From the NCBI RefSeq assembly GCF_009914755.1, contig NC_060948.1: a DNA stretch of 64,000 bases; one strand, given 5' to 3'. The position numbers were made by a program, and so were the translations under genes. A model generated the notes under the pieces. That model was not told where the DNA came from, made no database searches, and saw only the letters and a program-made list of their open reading frames with translations. This DNA comes from the human T2T-CHM13v2.0 reference genome, Homo sapiens. Below are positions 9,461 through 21,101 of the stretch, piece after piece. Within the stretch, counting starts at the first letter, position 1. The number at the start of each line of letters is the position of its first letter.

Positions 9461-11437
9461 GAACAAAGGGGAGTTGCCACGGACCAGTGTGGCTGTGGAA
9501 AGCCGGAGCAGGCGTGGGTACTATTGTCCTGCATGCGGCAGAGAAACCCTTGGTGATGCCGAGCAGCAGACGTTTGGGGCATCTTTTTGAAGAGCAGAAG
9601 CGAGTTCAGAGCGGAAGAGGTTTTTCAGTGAATGAAGCTATTTTTAAGGGAGTGTGATTGCTGCCCCTTGCTAGTCCGATCTGGGACTGGGCGTCTTCGG
9701 CTATAAGCAGATTCTGCCACTCCTCAGACACCAGCAAGTCTCTGCAAATCGCGCCTCCCCATGTCAGTGCAGTCAGCCTCAGAATCATACACCCTCTGTG
9801 AACACAGGAGGCCTTAGTTTACGGGGAGGGGGAGGCGAAAGGAGATCATACATGGAAGCAGATCTGAGAAATCCCCTACCCCAGCCTCTGGGTGCTCTTA
9901 GGCCTTCTTCCCTGTTGCTCCTCGCTTTCCCTTCCATCGTGTGTAAAGTCTCTTTGACCTAAATCAGATTGCAAACCACCCCCAGATGTCAGCCCTGATC
10001 ACTGACGAAGATGAAGACATGCTGAGCTACATGGTCAGCCTGGAGGTGAGGCCAGGAAGACTGGGGCTAGAGGGTTTAGCGGGGGAGGGTAAGGGAAATA
10101 ATTCATTCCTGTAAGCAAGAGTGAGCACCTCACCCGAAAACCTATCTAAGCTTTCTCCACCTTGTCCTGACAGGTGGAAGAAGAGAAGCATCCTGTTCAT
10201 CTCTGCAAGATCATGTTGTTCTTTCGGAGTAACCCCTACTTCCAGAATAAAGTGATTACCAAGGAATATCTGGTGAACATCACAGGTGACAGGTGGCTCC
10301 CAGGATGGGTAGTGGAAGGAAGATGGTGGGTGGATCATTGCCAACGGGATCCAGCCCCCTTCCCACAAAAACTCCTGTCTCTGTAGAATACAGGGCTTCT
10401 CATTCCACTCCAATTGAGTGGTATCCGGATTATGAAGTGGAGGCGTATCGCCGCAGACACCACAACAGCAGCCTTAACTTCTTCAACTGGTTCTCTGACC
10501 ACAACTTCGCAGGATCTAACAAGATTGCTGAGGTGAGTCCTCACTGGGAAACATGAGGAATGACCCCGTGTGTTCCCAGCTGCTTGGGTCACCTTTCTGA
10601 GCCCTGATGAGGCCTTTCCCGATTGAGTCCCCTGACAGATCCTATGTAAGGACCTGTGGCGCAATCCCCTGCAATACTACAAGAGGATGAAGCCACCTGA
10701 AGAGGGAACAGAGACGTCAGGTGAGCCGTTAGTTGGCACTGGAGCTGTTTGATGCCCAGTATAAGGGGGTTGACACACCTGCCTATTCAGGGAGCCTGGG
10801 TGCTCATTTCAGAAATGTAGAAATTGAGGCTCCTTTCGTACATGTAGAAATTCCTTGAGAGGAAGACAGAGAGTGACAGAATCCAGGACGTTCATGGCAT
10901 TGGGCTGAAAAGGCACGTTAGAGACTGCACTGCAAAGCGGGTGATAGCTGTGGAGTCTTAAGCCCAGTGAAGAATCGTCCATTTCCAGAATCAATGAGAA
11001 GTAAAGCTGAAAATCATTCAGTTCAGTCTGTGGCACTTGATTCCACGGCTGTCAACCCCACCGGCAGTCATCCCACCAACCCCATGAGATTGGGCTCCCT
11101 GAATGTGCGTCCTGGTCATCCTTGCCCCAAACCACAAAGGACTGTTTAGATTGATGGATTTCCTTAAGCTGTTGCCCCATCAGACTTGTGTGTGCTTTTA
11201 GGGCCCAGTGCATCTTGTTAGCTGACTCCCCTCACAGACAATACTGGGAATGGGGCAGGGATTGCGCAGAACAGTTTGTAACACGTGGTAGGAGGAAGTT
11301 TAAGGGATCACAAATGGGGAAGGGATATCCTTTTCTCAGCGGGCCCCACAATTGAAACATTTCAAAGTATGGCTCAGAGAAAATGCGTTTTAACATGAGT
11401 TTGTGTTTCTCTAGGGGACTCCCAGTTGTTGAGTTGA
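8875..11437 (+). CDS. TSPY: Testis-specific Y-encoded protein (SET/NAP family), 308 aa, 6 coding exons
   Basis: Exons 8875-9360, 9968-10045, 10174-10285, 10387-10532, 10639-10720, 11415-11437, all GT-AG, total 927 nt. Protein [19 protein letters not shown]...FWANV|[19 protein letters not shown]...LWRNPLQYY...GDSQLLS*. The specific array member (TSPY1/3/4/8/10 etc.) cannot be assigned. Confidence 0.97.
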
Positions 11438-11607
11438 ATATGATGGAGCATCAGATTTTACCTAATACAGCAGAACTCCTAAAAAGTTACAGCCATATGC
11501 AGGACGGCAGTACTCAGCATGGTCTTATGCACAGGAACTAAAGGAAAAAGAGATCGAGTCACAAAAATTCAGGAAGAGGGGGTAAATGTGGATTGTATGG
11601 AATGAAA

Positions 11608-11613
11608 AATAAA
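11608..11613 (+). terminator. TSPY polyadenylation signal
   Basis: AATAAA 170 nt after the stop codon, followed by a TG-rich downstream element. Confidence 0.85.
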
Positions 11614-11641
11614 CATTCTCAAGGATGTGTGACTCTGTGTC

Positions 11642-11690
11642 TGTGTGTGTGTGTGTGTGTCTTTGAGTTTGTGTGTGTGTGTGTGTGTGT
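11642..11690. repeat. Compound (TG)n microsatellite after the TSPY poly(A) site (also ~31919-31971, ~52205-52255)
   Basis: Two TG runs separated by CTTTGAGTT or CTTTGTGTT. Length and interruptions vary by unit. Confidence 0.92.
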
Positions 11691-14349
11691 ATGTTTATCC
11701 ACTTTATTCGGGTGTCATAATGAATTGATCAATCCACGTGCTTTATTCTCTTCATGGAAATAACCAGTCTGCGTTGGAGCTGGGCCTCTAAAGTTGTAGA
11801 GTGAATGGGTGTGGGATGTGTTGGGATTCTTCCTACAGGACAGAGTGGGAGAGGTAAAAGCAAAAGACAGCTTAGTTGGAGGCTGACTTCGTCCTGTGGA
11901 AGCAGAGATAGTTCAAGGAAAGGGGTTACTGGGTTTCCAGGGCCCAGTTTGCTGGGACCTCCAAAATCCTTCATTTTGGGTATCATCATACACAGTAGCT
12001 AAGCACAGGATGATGGAAATCTTAAAGTTCGCTTTCGTGTTGAATCCACATGTTCTTTTAAAGGTGAATGCATGATCCTTTTCTGGGACAATCAGCCTCT
12101 CAGGACTTCTGAAACATCAACGTGAGAAGAAATGGGCATGTAAGGTGTATGGAGGGACTGTGGGAAAGGTGACAGAGGCATGTGGGAAGGCATTCAGGAT
12201 ACGCTTTTGGCATAGATGACTAAGGGAAAACAGAAACTTACAGAAGTGAGGGGAAAGGGGGTGGATTAGTGGAATATAAGATTGTTGGAGAATCCATCCA
12301 TGGACTCTCTTGTCACTTGATGACCCAGGATATGGACACTCTTGTTGATGTTTACATCTTTAGTTGTTTTAAGCTTTTCTCCAAGATTCTGTGTTAGGTG
12401 AGGAGCCAATAACGTATGTAGCTAACAACAGTACGAGTGCATTTTGTGCTCTTGCAAAGTCTAGTGAGGCTCTATTCTCCCTCGTGATTGGCACTGCAGA
12501 TTGTATCTGGAGCCCAGGGCCCCTAAATTTTCTGTGGCCTCTTCAGCATAGTTTGCCTAAGGTTTAGAACGTAAAGCGAATATAGTTGCGGAATATGTTT
12601 TGCAAGCCTCACACAGGAGGACAAAACATACAGCTTTCATTCGCGAGTGGGAGGCTGCTTCCCAGGAACACGTGTGTCTGCACAAGACAAGGGGTTGCCT
12701 CTGTCAAGGATGGGGCAGGAGGATTTCAGTGTCGGAGGCAGAACTTTCTTTCCTGTTCCCAGATGAAACAGTTCCAACACGAGCATCCATGTTGACCACA
12801 CGCTACTAGAGTGCTAACATTGCTGTCCCGTATAGACTCTGGTCAGCACAGCTTCTGTGAGAAGAGCTATGTTGTTTCAGGGAAGAGGGTTTGACAGTCA
12901 AAGTTCCTGAATCTGTTGTGGTGCCTGCAATATGCATTCTACCCCTCCTGCTCGGTGTCAAAGCAGTTGAGCTTTGAAAATCTATCGCCCGGTTTTGTCC
13001 CTGCTCCTATGCAGACCTCTGAAGCTCTGGAGCGGGAGTCTTGTCCTCCTCTGACTACCGTCCCCCTGACCCACAAACACAGGAGAAACAGGTGTTCTAA
13101 GCAAATTATTCTGAAAACAGTCGGAACCCTTTGGCCCCCTCAAGCTGCCCTGTATCCTACTGTGTGCATGTCAAAGACACTGTGGTCCAGTACGGTATCC
13201 CTATAGCGGCAATGGGGCAACAGATTGGTGTGTGCACTCTGGGCAACTCAGATTAGGAAACGTCTGGGGACTTGCCTATAACGAGGTCGTCTTAAAACGT
13301 GTTGCCCCAAATTTAAGGCATAGGAAAATGTTGAGGAAAGGGTCTTGCAATGATTTTTCTAGGAGGTAAATAGATAAGAAAATGACCGTAAATAGATGCC
13401 AGGGCTAGTTTTGGAGCTAGCCTGTTTTAAAGTGGTGGTAGGGGAGGAGCTTTTTCCAAGGCAGGTAGCAAACCAGGAACTGTCTACGATGGATGGGCGT
13501 GCCACGGGTTGGTGGCTCAGCCATATTGCCACCCCACCGAGTGAATGCAGCAGACTGGGCTTCTTCCTTGAATCCTACGTGCAATTCAGTCTAGTGATTT
13601 CACATGAGATCCCTTCTTCTGGTATTATCACAGATCGTGCTGAATTATACAGGCTGTGTAATGCTTCTTCCACTGAATATCCGTGCACGTGGGCCACAGA
13701 TGCTAAGGGCACTGACAAATTTGCACCGTGCCTCAGTAACTCGGAAGCACATCTGTGATTTGTACCGACAGGGACTTGGTGTCTTTTCGTGTTTAAAGTA
13801 GCACGTGTGTGTTTGTGGTTGCGTATGTTTATTTCTCTGTGCGGGTTTGTATATTTTCTCTGACTCCACCTGTGTCTCCGTGGTTCCGATATTTTTCCAC
13901 ACTCCCTGCGACAATTTGCACATGCCTATCTCTACAACCATTGTAGACTTTGTATCTGTGTCTTTGAACATCTGTCACTCTCTCTCCCTTCCTTTTTTCT
14001 TTTCCTTCCTTTACACCCCTTTCATCCTTCCCTTGCTTCCCCACCACACTCTCTCCATCTGTATCGTCTATGTTTCTATTCTCTATCTGGGTTTACTTTC
14101 TAATTCTGAATTCAAGGGCATTGAATTGAAAAGAAGCACTCTTCGTACTTTTATGTGTTTTAACTCATTTGGGGAATTTGGCGTGGTATTATTTACAGGG
14201 TTCTCTCTGCCCTTTCTCATTGTTCTCCCCAGCCGGGGCTGTTATTATGTGAAAGCTGGTTTCCTTCATCACATCGCGTAGGCTCTAATGATGTTTCGTT
14301 TATTTTGATTCTCCTCACACTACATAGTTTTAATTTACCTAATGTGACT

Positions 14350-14657
14350 GTTTTTTTGTTTGTTTTCCGAGAATGGGTCTTACTCTGTCTTCTAGGTTGG
14401 ACAGCAGCCCCACGATCTCAGCCCACTGCAGCCCAGGCACCACACACCCATGTGATCCTGTCAACTCAGACTCTCACACACCTGGCAGTACAGGTGCATG
14501 CCACCCCTCCAAGCTATGTATTAATTAACTAAATACTTACTTTTTGAATGTGGGTCCATGTTGCCCCAGGCTCATCTGGAACTCCTGAGTGCAGGCAATC
14601 CTCCCACCTCAGCTTATCAAAGTGCTGGGATGACAGGTGTGACCCATGGCCCTGCCA
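14350..14657 (-). mobile_element. Old Alu (AluJ-like), antisense
   Basis: T-tract, GGGTCTTACTCTGTC, CATGTTGCCCCAGGCT, AATCCTCCCACCTCAGC and AAAGTGCTGGGATGACAGGTGTGA. Confidence 0.88.
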
Positions 14658-14799
14658 TGGCTTTGTGTTTTTTGCTTTTTTCTTCCTCCTCCTCACGTCT
14701 TGTTTTGAAACATGCACTGAAGGTTTCAATTCATGGACTATAGTCTCTGTGCCTGGAATTTCTATCTTTCAACTCATCATCAGCATTCATTGGGATTTT

Positions 14800-14935
14800 C
14801 ATATATATATACACCTATATAAGAATACCTATGTACACACATATATACGTATATACATGTATATACGTATATATGCACATTTATATACGTATATACATGT
14901 ATATACGTATATATATACATGTACACATATGTATT
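14800..14935. repeat. TA/CA/TG-rich simple repeat with perfect palindromes (also ~35081, ~55367)
   Basis: TATATACGTATATACATGTATATACGTATATA occurs twice, 40 bp apart. Confidence 0.9.
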
Positions 14936-15049
14936 TATTTCTCAAGTTACGAAACGGCTTGCATTCTTTCCTGTGTCATGAAAAAGACTTTGCTAGAAAA
15001 GAAAAGCACTGCTTTATAATAAAATATTTTATTTGCATTTATTTTGTTA

Positions 15050-16830
15050 AGGCATTTTAAAAATTGTATGTTTGTTTAAAAAATGTCATATGAAATGATA
15101 CATATTTACAACTTAAGGCGTGATGTTCAACAGGTCATATACATTATGCATTGGATACATCCAGCCAATCAACATATGTGTGACCTCACATAGTTGTCAT
15201 TTTTGTTGTGAAAAAACTTGACCTGCACTGTATTCGAATATTTTTAGAGAAAGAATATGTTACCACTAGTTATAGTGAGCATGCTGAAGAAAATATTTTT
15301 AACCTATTCCTCCTTTATAACTAGAAGTATGAGTTCTTCATCCAGCATCTCGTCAGTGCACCCTCTTCACCGCAGTCATTGGAGTCACTACTTCTGTGAA
15401 GTCCGCTTTTTTGATTTCATATAAGAATGAGATCATGTGCTATTTTCCTTTCTGATACCTGGCTTATGTCACTTAACAGAATGGCATGCACACATTCAGC
15501 AGATTCCCACACATTCTCACAACTGGCAGGATTTCCTGATTTCTTATTGCAGCGCATATTTCCGTTGCGCATATGCGTTTTTGCCCCATTTTTTAATCCA
15601 CTTATCAATGGAGGGACACTCAGGTTGCTTCCGCATTTTGGCTACAGCAAAAATGTAATGAGTGCAGCAATAATTGCATGGGTGCGCGCACCGCTTCAAC
15701 ATACTGATCTGTGTACTGGCGGGCGTGCCCGGGTATTCTGATTTGCTGGATCATATAGTGGGTGGTTCTACTTGTAGATTTCTGAAGGCTGTTTATACTT
15801 AAATAAGAGCCATAAAGCTTCTTTAATGCCAGCACTAATTTACATTCTTCCCAAAAGTGAGCAGGGAATTCGTTTTCTCTGCCTCCTCACCAGAGATTAG
15901 GGTTTTCTTTTCTTTCTTTTTTTTTTTTTGTTTGTTTGTCTTTCGGATAATATGCATTCTGACTGAAGTGAGAAGAAATCTCATTGTGTTTTTGATTTGC
16001 ATTTTCGTGATGGATTGGGGATAATGAGGAATTTTTAGTGTGTCTTCTGGGCAACTGTATGTCTCAGTTTCACAAATGAGTCTTCGCAGCCTTCGCCCAT
16101 TTGTTTTCATGCTATTGAGTTGTTGGGAGTTCCTTATGTACTGTGACTATTCCCCCATGAACAGATGTATGGTGATCCAATCATTGCTCCCATCCTGTAG
16201 GATGCCCCTTCTGTATGTTGAGTTTTCTATGGTGTGGTGAAGCACTTTAGTTTGATATGATTCCATTCTCTATTTTTGATGGTGTTTACTGTGTTCTTGC
16301 AGTCACTTTGAGACCATCATTGCACACACGGACGCCATGGAGCTTCTTCCTTGTGATCTCTTCTGCTATTTTTATCGTTTCACATCTGACACTGGAGTTT
16401 GGTGATAAATAATCCACTTGTAAAATCCTTTGTGTGGCTATTCAGATTTCCCCAACCTAGTTTATAGAAGATACTTGATTTTGCATTGGGCGTTCTTGCT
16501 TCTTTGGGAAAAGGCTGTGAGCTGCAAATGCAGTGACTTAGTTCTGGGCTCCTGTTGTTTTTCCTAAGCTCTAGTCTCTGCTTTTCTGCCAGTGCTATTG
16601 TATTTTGGTACAAAAAGTTTTGTAGTAGTATATCATGAAGTTAGGTAGTGTGGTGGCTCCAGCTTTGTGCTTTTTACTGGATTGCTCTGGGTTTTCAGGA
16701 TCTTCTGCCATTTCATAGCAAATTTGGGATTCCCAGATTGTTTTTCTAAGAAGAATGTGTCATTGATATTTTTACAGGGGTTGTATAGAATCTGAGGATG
16801 ACTCAGGTAGTAGTGATGTCAATGCCGTTT
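15050..16830 (-). mobile_element. L1 (L1M-type) 3' portion: degenerate ORF2 C-terminus and 3' UTR
   Basis: Minus-strand peptides KMQIKNTMRFLLTSVRMHIIRK and RSPELSHCICSSQPFPKEAR...SSIFYKLGWGNL resemble L1 ORF2p REMQIKTTMRYHLTPVRMAIIKK and the ESPE...DSLFNKWCWENW region. Confidence 0.9.
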
Positions 16831-16871
16831 AGACAATGTGCGTGTTTGTGTGCACAAGCTCAGGGCCAAGA

Positions 16872-18290
16872 GACACTGGGTGTCCTCACCAATACTGAGG
16901 TGGGCCTTAATATCCAGCCAGATTGCCTTCTGGAAACACACGGAATGTCCTGTTCTGTTTTGCCATCTCTTCACATTTCCTCCCCTGTGAGCCCTGTGTG
17001 GTCCTCCAGATTCCCTGTGCGGTGGCCTGCCTTTTTTGGGGTGGGGAGTTGCTGGGTGAATGAGGATGGCGGAGGGAACCAAGCATGTCAGTGGAGCGTG
17101 GTGTCATCCAAACGGTACTTAGCAGGCCTGGGAGAGTCATTCTGGGAGGACGCAGACCTAGAGAGGCCTCAGGTGGGCATCTGTGTGGAGGGTGAGAGAT
17201 CCCTGGTTGAGCCCAAACTGAACCCCAGGTAGAAGCAAGCCTCAGGACAGGGAAGTAGCTAGCAAGGGATGATGAGGCAGCTATCTCTTGACCCTGGCTT
17301 CCCACCCATTGACCTTAGCTACTTATGCCTATTAAGCAGATTACGGTTCCCCCATCGTGAAATGTGGGTACCACAGTTCCCTGATGGGCATTTCTCCACC
17401 AGCCCATGATGGCCTGAGTTTCCTTACTGCAGTCTCCTCCCTGAGCCTTGGCTTCTCTATGTGTGTCCTAACTCCAGGACCCACAGGCCTGTCAACCCCC
17501 AGCCCTGGGCTGCTTCCCTGGCCTCTTCTCTGTTCCCTCTCTGAGGGCCTAACTCCCTTGGGTAGTGCTGCAGAATATAGAGCCACAGGCCCTGGCTGAT
17601 GATCTGGTGGACTGGGCAAATTGGTCGTGACAGGTCAGGTTCTGGTTCAAAGCCAATTCCTCCGATGCCAAGGAATGTCGAAGAAGGTCCTTTGCCATGA
17701 TGCCCCATAGCTGCCCCACCTCAGCAATCGTGCCGTAACCTGGGCCCTCACAGTCAGACAACCAGCTGAAGAAGCTCAGGCAGTGACCTGCGGGAAACTC
17801 GGGCTTTCACCTGCATGACCCTAGAACCACTGGACTGCAGTGGAGCCAGTCACCCTGTATCCTGGAGGGAGACGAGTCAGGAAGGCGCACGCCAGGCCCA
17901 GCTCCCGAGGTACTACCCCCTCTACTCCTCAGGGAGGATGCCAATGCAATACTCCTTAGTCATCACTTTGTTTCCGAAGTAAATGTTGTGATGAAAGGCA
18001 AACTTCTTCCTACCCCTTGTATTCAGGGTGGCCGAGTTCCTCCACCTGCCTGTCCAAGAAGGAGAAACAGGGCTGTGAAGGGGCAATTTCATCTAGGTGG
18101 GCTGAGGTGGCATTCTAGCCGGGGTGAAGCATGCGTTTCCCCTTCCCAGCTTTCCCGCTGAGACACACCTGAGCCCCAGAAGGACCTCAACCTGACCAGG
18201 ACCTTAGCGCCCTCCCCCAGACCCAGGCTTTCCATCCTGACCTGCAAATCCAACATGCAGCTTTGAAGGACTTTCTCATGGTTTCTGAGC
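16872..18290 (-). pseudogene. Second, 5'-truncated TSPY-like relic (exon 2-5 homology)
   Basis: Reads VEELGHPEYKG*, FHHNIYFGNKVMTKEYCIGIL, YRVTGSTAVQWF*, LSFFSWLSDCEGPGYGTIAE and IISQGLWLYILQHY, with in-frame stops. It is a diverged direct repeat of 4968-6480. Confidence 0.85.
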
Positions 18291-20219
18291 TCCTTGCTCT
18301 CACCAGAAAGAATCAGAACTTTTAAAGTGTTCTTTATGCCAACTTAAATTTTTTCATTTTTACTACCTCATGTTTTGGATGAGGCATGTATTTTTAAATT
18401 TATTTTCACCCTTATTGTACCTCTATGATAAACTGCTTGCTTACATTCATACCGTAATTATCTCTCAGGTTACTTGTCTGTTCCTAAAGATTCACTGAAA
18501 CGAAGAATTCTATATATGCTTGTATCTTTCAGCAACCGTATGTCAGATAGCACTGCACATTACTGCAGACATCGCATATACAGGTCCAAAGGTAGAGGAA
18601 GAAGAAGAAAGCAAGCGTTAAACTCTATTCATTCCTAAAAGCATATCAGAAACTCACAAATAACAGTGAAATCAAAGAATGATCACAGCCAATTCCATTA
18701 CATACCTAGACTGAAATACGAAACTTCAAAGAAAAGAAACATTAGAACTTTGGGTTTGTAAAAATTTTCCTATATAGATAAAATTATTGGTAACTGTGTC
18801 TCACTAGAAAACGTAAACAAAAATCCATGTTTTTCATATTTGTAAATATACATAGTTTTATTTCCATCAGTTATGACATGCAAGCAAGTAATAAAGTGAA
18901 AGTACAATCAAATGATATATGGAACTTCCTCAGTCTTAAAATATTCCGTGGAGACTATCAATTTTATGAAAACTATAAAGAATGCTTCATGAAACTACAT
19001 TGTACAGTGCCATTTACTATTTTACTGACATTTTAAATAATCAACAATTAAAGGGAATACGTCAACATTATTTAATACCAATAACGTTATTTTTCTTGAG
19101 TAATCCTGTTGAAATTAAGGATTTTAAATAAAACATTAAAAACAAATTATATTGACTGATTTCAGCTTTGGATGAAATCATACTTGTGTATTTGTAGTAA
19201 TGCGAAGCATAACTTTCTCCTCACAATTAATCTTTTATAACATCGGTGTTATAGTTTTCTCTGACACCAACATTGTGATATCGCACAGGTTTACTGCATG
19301 CATGCATTACATGCCTCCAGAGAGTAGGCTTCAAATATATGGAAAAATTATATTTATGAAAAAATTCTAGGAAAGGGAATGGTGAAATGGAAGAGAATTT
19401 CTCACTTGCTAACTGTTGGACATGGATTTGTATATATTTGGATATAGACACATACTGGCACACTGTGAGTTTGCCCATGTATATATACACTTATATGAGA
19501 AACCCATAATATATGGGTTGTGTAATCTTTTAATTAATCCATAATTGTATGTGTGTGAAATTAGATAAGCGGTTACCTTTTCTTTACTCAATTTGATGGA
19601 AAGCCAAAAAACTCTGTCCACCTTCATTTCAATTAATCCAATACTGTTAACTGCTGGTAGCTTCATTCTCCTTGTTCTCTTACGGCAACCGGAAAGTTAA
19701 TTCTCGCTCTAATTTGGCTTTCAAGGTGCGATCAACAAGAGTGTCACCTTGCTGTGGATTGTGACCTCTGACTCCACCTCTGTCTTCCTTTTGCAGTCCT
19801 ACCTTTGCATAGGTAACAAACTTTGTACATGGTTAAAAGGATAAACGTTCAGTGAAATGTCAAGCCATGCTGTGAAATGTTCCATAGTTTCTATATCTCT
19901 AATTGTCCTTTGATGTTATAGAGGCAAGAAAAATAATTCAATGTTTTTCTTAGTATCTAGTCCAATGCACGCTTTCTTCATAATACTGCAAACAAGGCAC
20001 TGACATGGAAACGTGGCTGGACGTCTCAAAATCTCTTCTCATTAATTACCATTATGTTAATCACTGTTGCCCACAACTGGAATTGGACTTTGAAATCCCC
20101 TGGTGGAAATTGCTATAATGGCTCAAACTACTGGAAAGACTATCTTTTTTTTACCTGAAAATATCTGATGAGCATAGACATATGCTATATACAGGAACAT
20201 ATTGTACATTAACAACATA

Positions 20220-20688
20220 CCATCACTGCCACTCAATAATACGTATCCCAAACCTTTGAGCCAAACTGAGCTCGGGTGCTCCCACAAACCAAGCTTTTCC
20301 CTCCACAGATTTCTTATGTCAAAAAGCCACAACTCCAGGCCAGGCTTCGTGGCTCTTGTTGTAATTTCTACATTTTGGGAGGCCGAGGTTGGTGGGTCAC
20401 TTGAGGTCAGGAGTTGGAGACCAGCATGGGCAACATGGCAAAAAGCTGTCTCTACCAAAAATACAAAAATTAGCCAGACCTAGTGGCACTTTCCTGTGGT
20501 CCCAGCTACTTGGGAGGCTGAGGCAGGAGAACCACCTGAACATGGGTGGCAGAGATTGTATAGTAAGCCAAGATCAGACTACTGCACTCCAGCCTGGATG
20601 ACACAGCGAGACCATGACTGAAAAAAGAAAAAAAAAAAATAAAGGCAACTCCACTCGTCCACTAGCTTAGGTAAAAAGTACTGGAGTT
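20220..20688. mobile_element. Probable L2 fragment interrupted by the first Alu (present in each unit)
   Basis: CCAAACTGAGCTC...CCCACAAACC...[Alu]...GGCAACTCCACTCGTCCACT...GCTTAGGTAAAAAGTACTGGAGT resembles the recalled L2 3' consensus. Confidence 0.5.
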
Positions 20689-21006
20689 GGCTGGGCTCGG
20701 TGGCTCACACCTGTATTCCCAGCACTTTGGATTTTGGGAAGCTGAGTCGGGCGGGTCACCTGAGATCTGTAGTAGGAGAGCAGCCTGGCCAACATGGTGA
20801 AGCCTGGCTTCTGCTAAAAATACAAAACATTAGCTGAGCGTGGTGATGCATGCTTGTAATCCCAGCTACTGCAGAGGCTGAACCTGGGAGGCGGAGGTTG
20901 TGTTGAGCTGAGATCCTGCCACTGCGCTCCAGCCTGGTCTACAGAGCGAGAGTACCCTGTGAGAAACAAAGGTGAAGAGAACAAGAAAAAAAAAATGAGA
21001 AAAATA
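20338..21006 (+). mobile_element. Two tandem Alus, unit 2 (20338-20643, 20689-21006)
   Basis: Copies of 53-355 and 401-718. Confidence 0.92.
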
Positions 21007-21101
21007 AGACCCACTGCAAAAGGTTGCCACAGAAAAGATTAAACATTTCAGCAACTTCTATCTTCTGTCATGGAAGCCAAGGTTATTTGGACCAAACCTC
21101 C

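Larger units (their letters stand above)
1..20285. repeat. TSPY array (DYZ5) ~20.3-kb tandem unit, copy 1 (phase set by window start)
   Basis: AAACCAAGCTTTTCCCTCC at 1 recurs at 20286, 40564 and 60851. The ORF track repeats with the same period. Confidence 0.98.

Noticed and set aside
5675-10720. The inverted paralogue's RNA acting as a natural antisense RNA to TSPY mRNA
   Set aside because: The genes diverge and do not overlap, so both RNAs are TSPY-sense and would not base-pair with each other.
13857-19790. Shared CTCTGACTCCACCT(G/C)TGTCT motif at ~13857 and ~19766
   Set aside because: The match is short and I could not extend it convincingly; likely chance.
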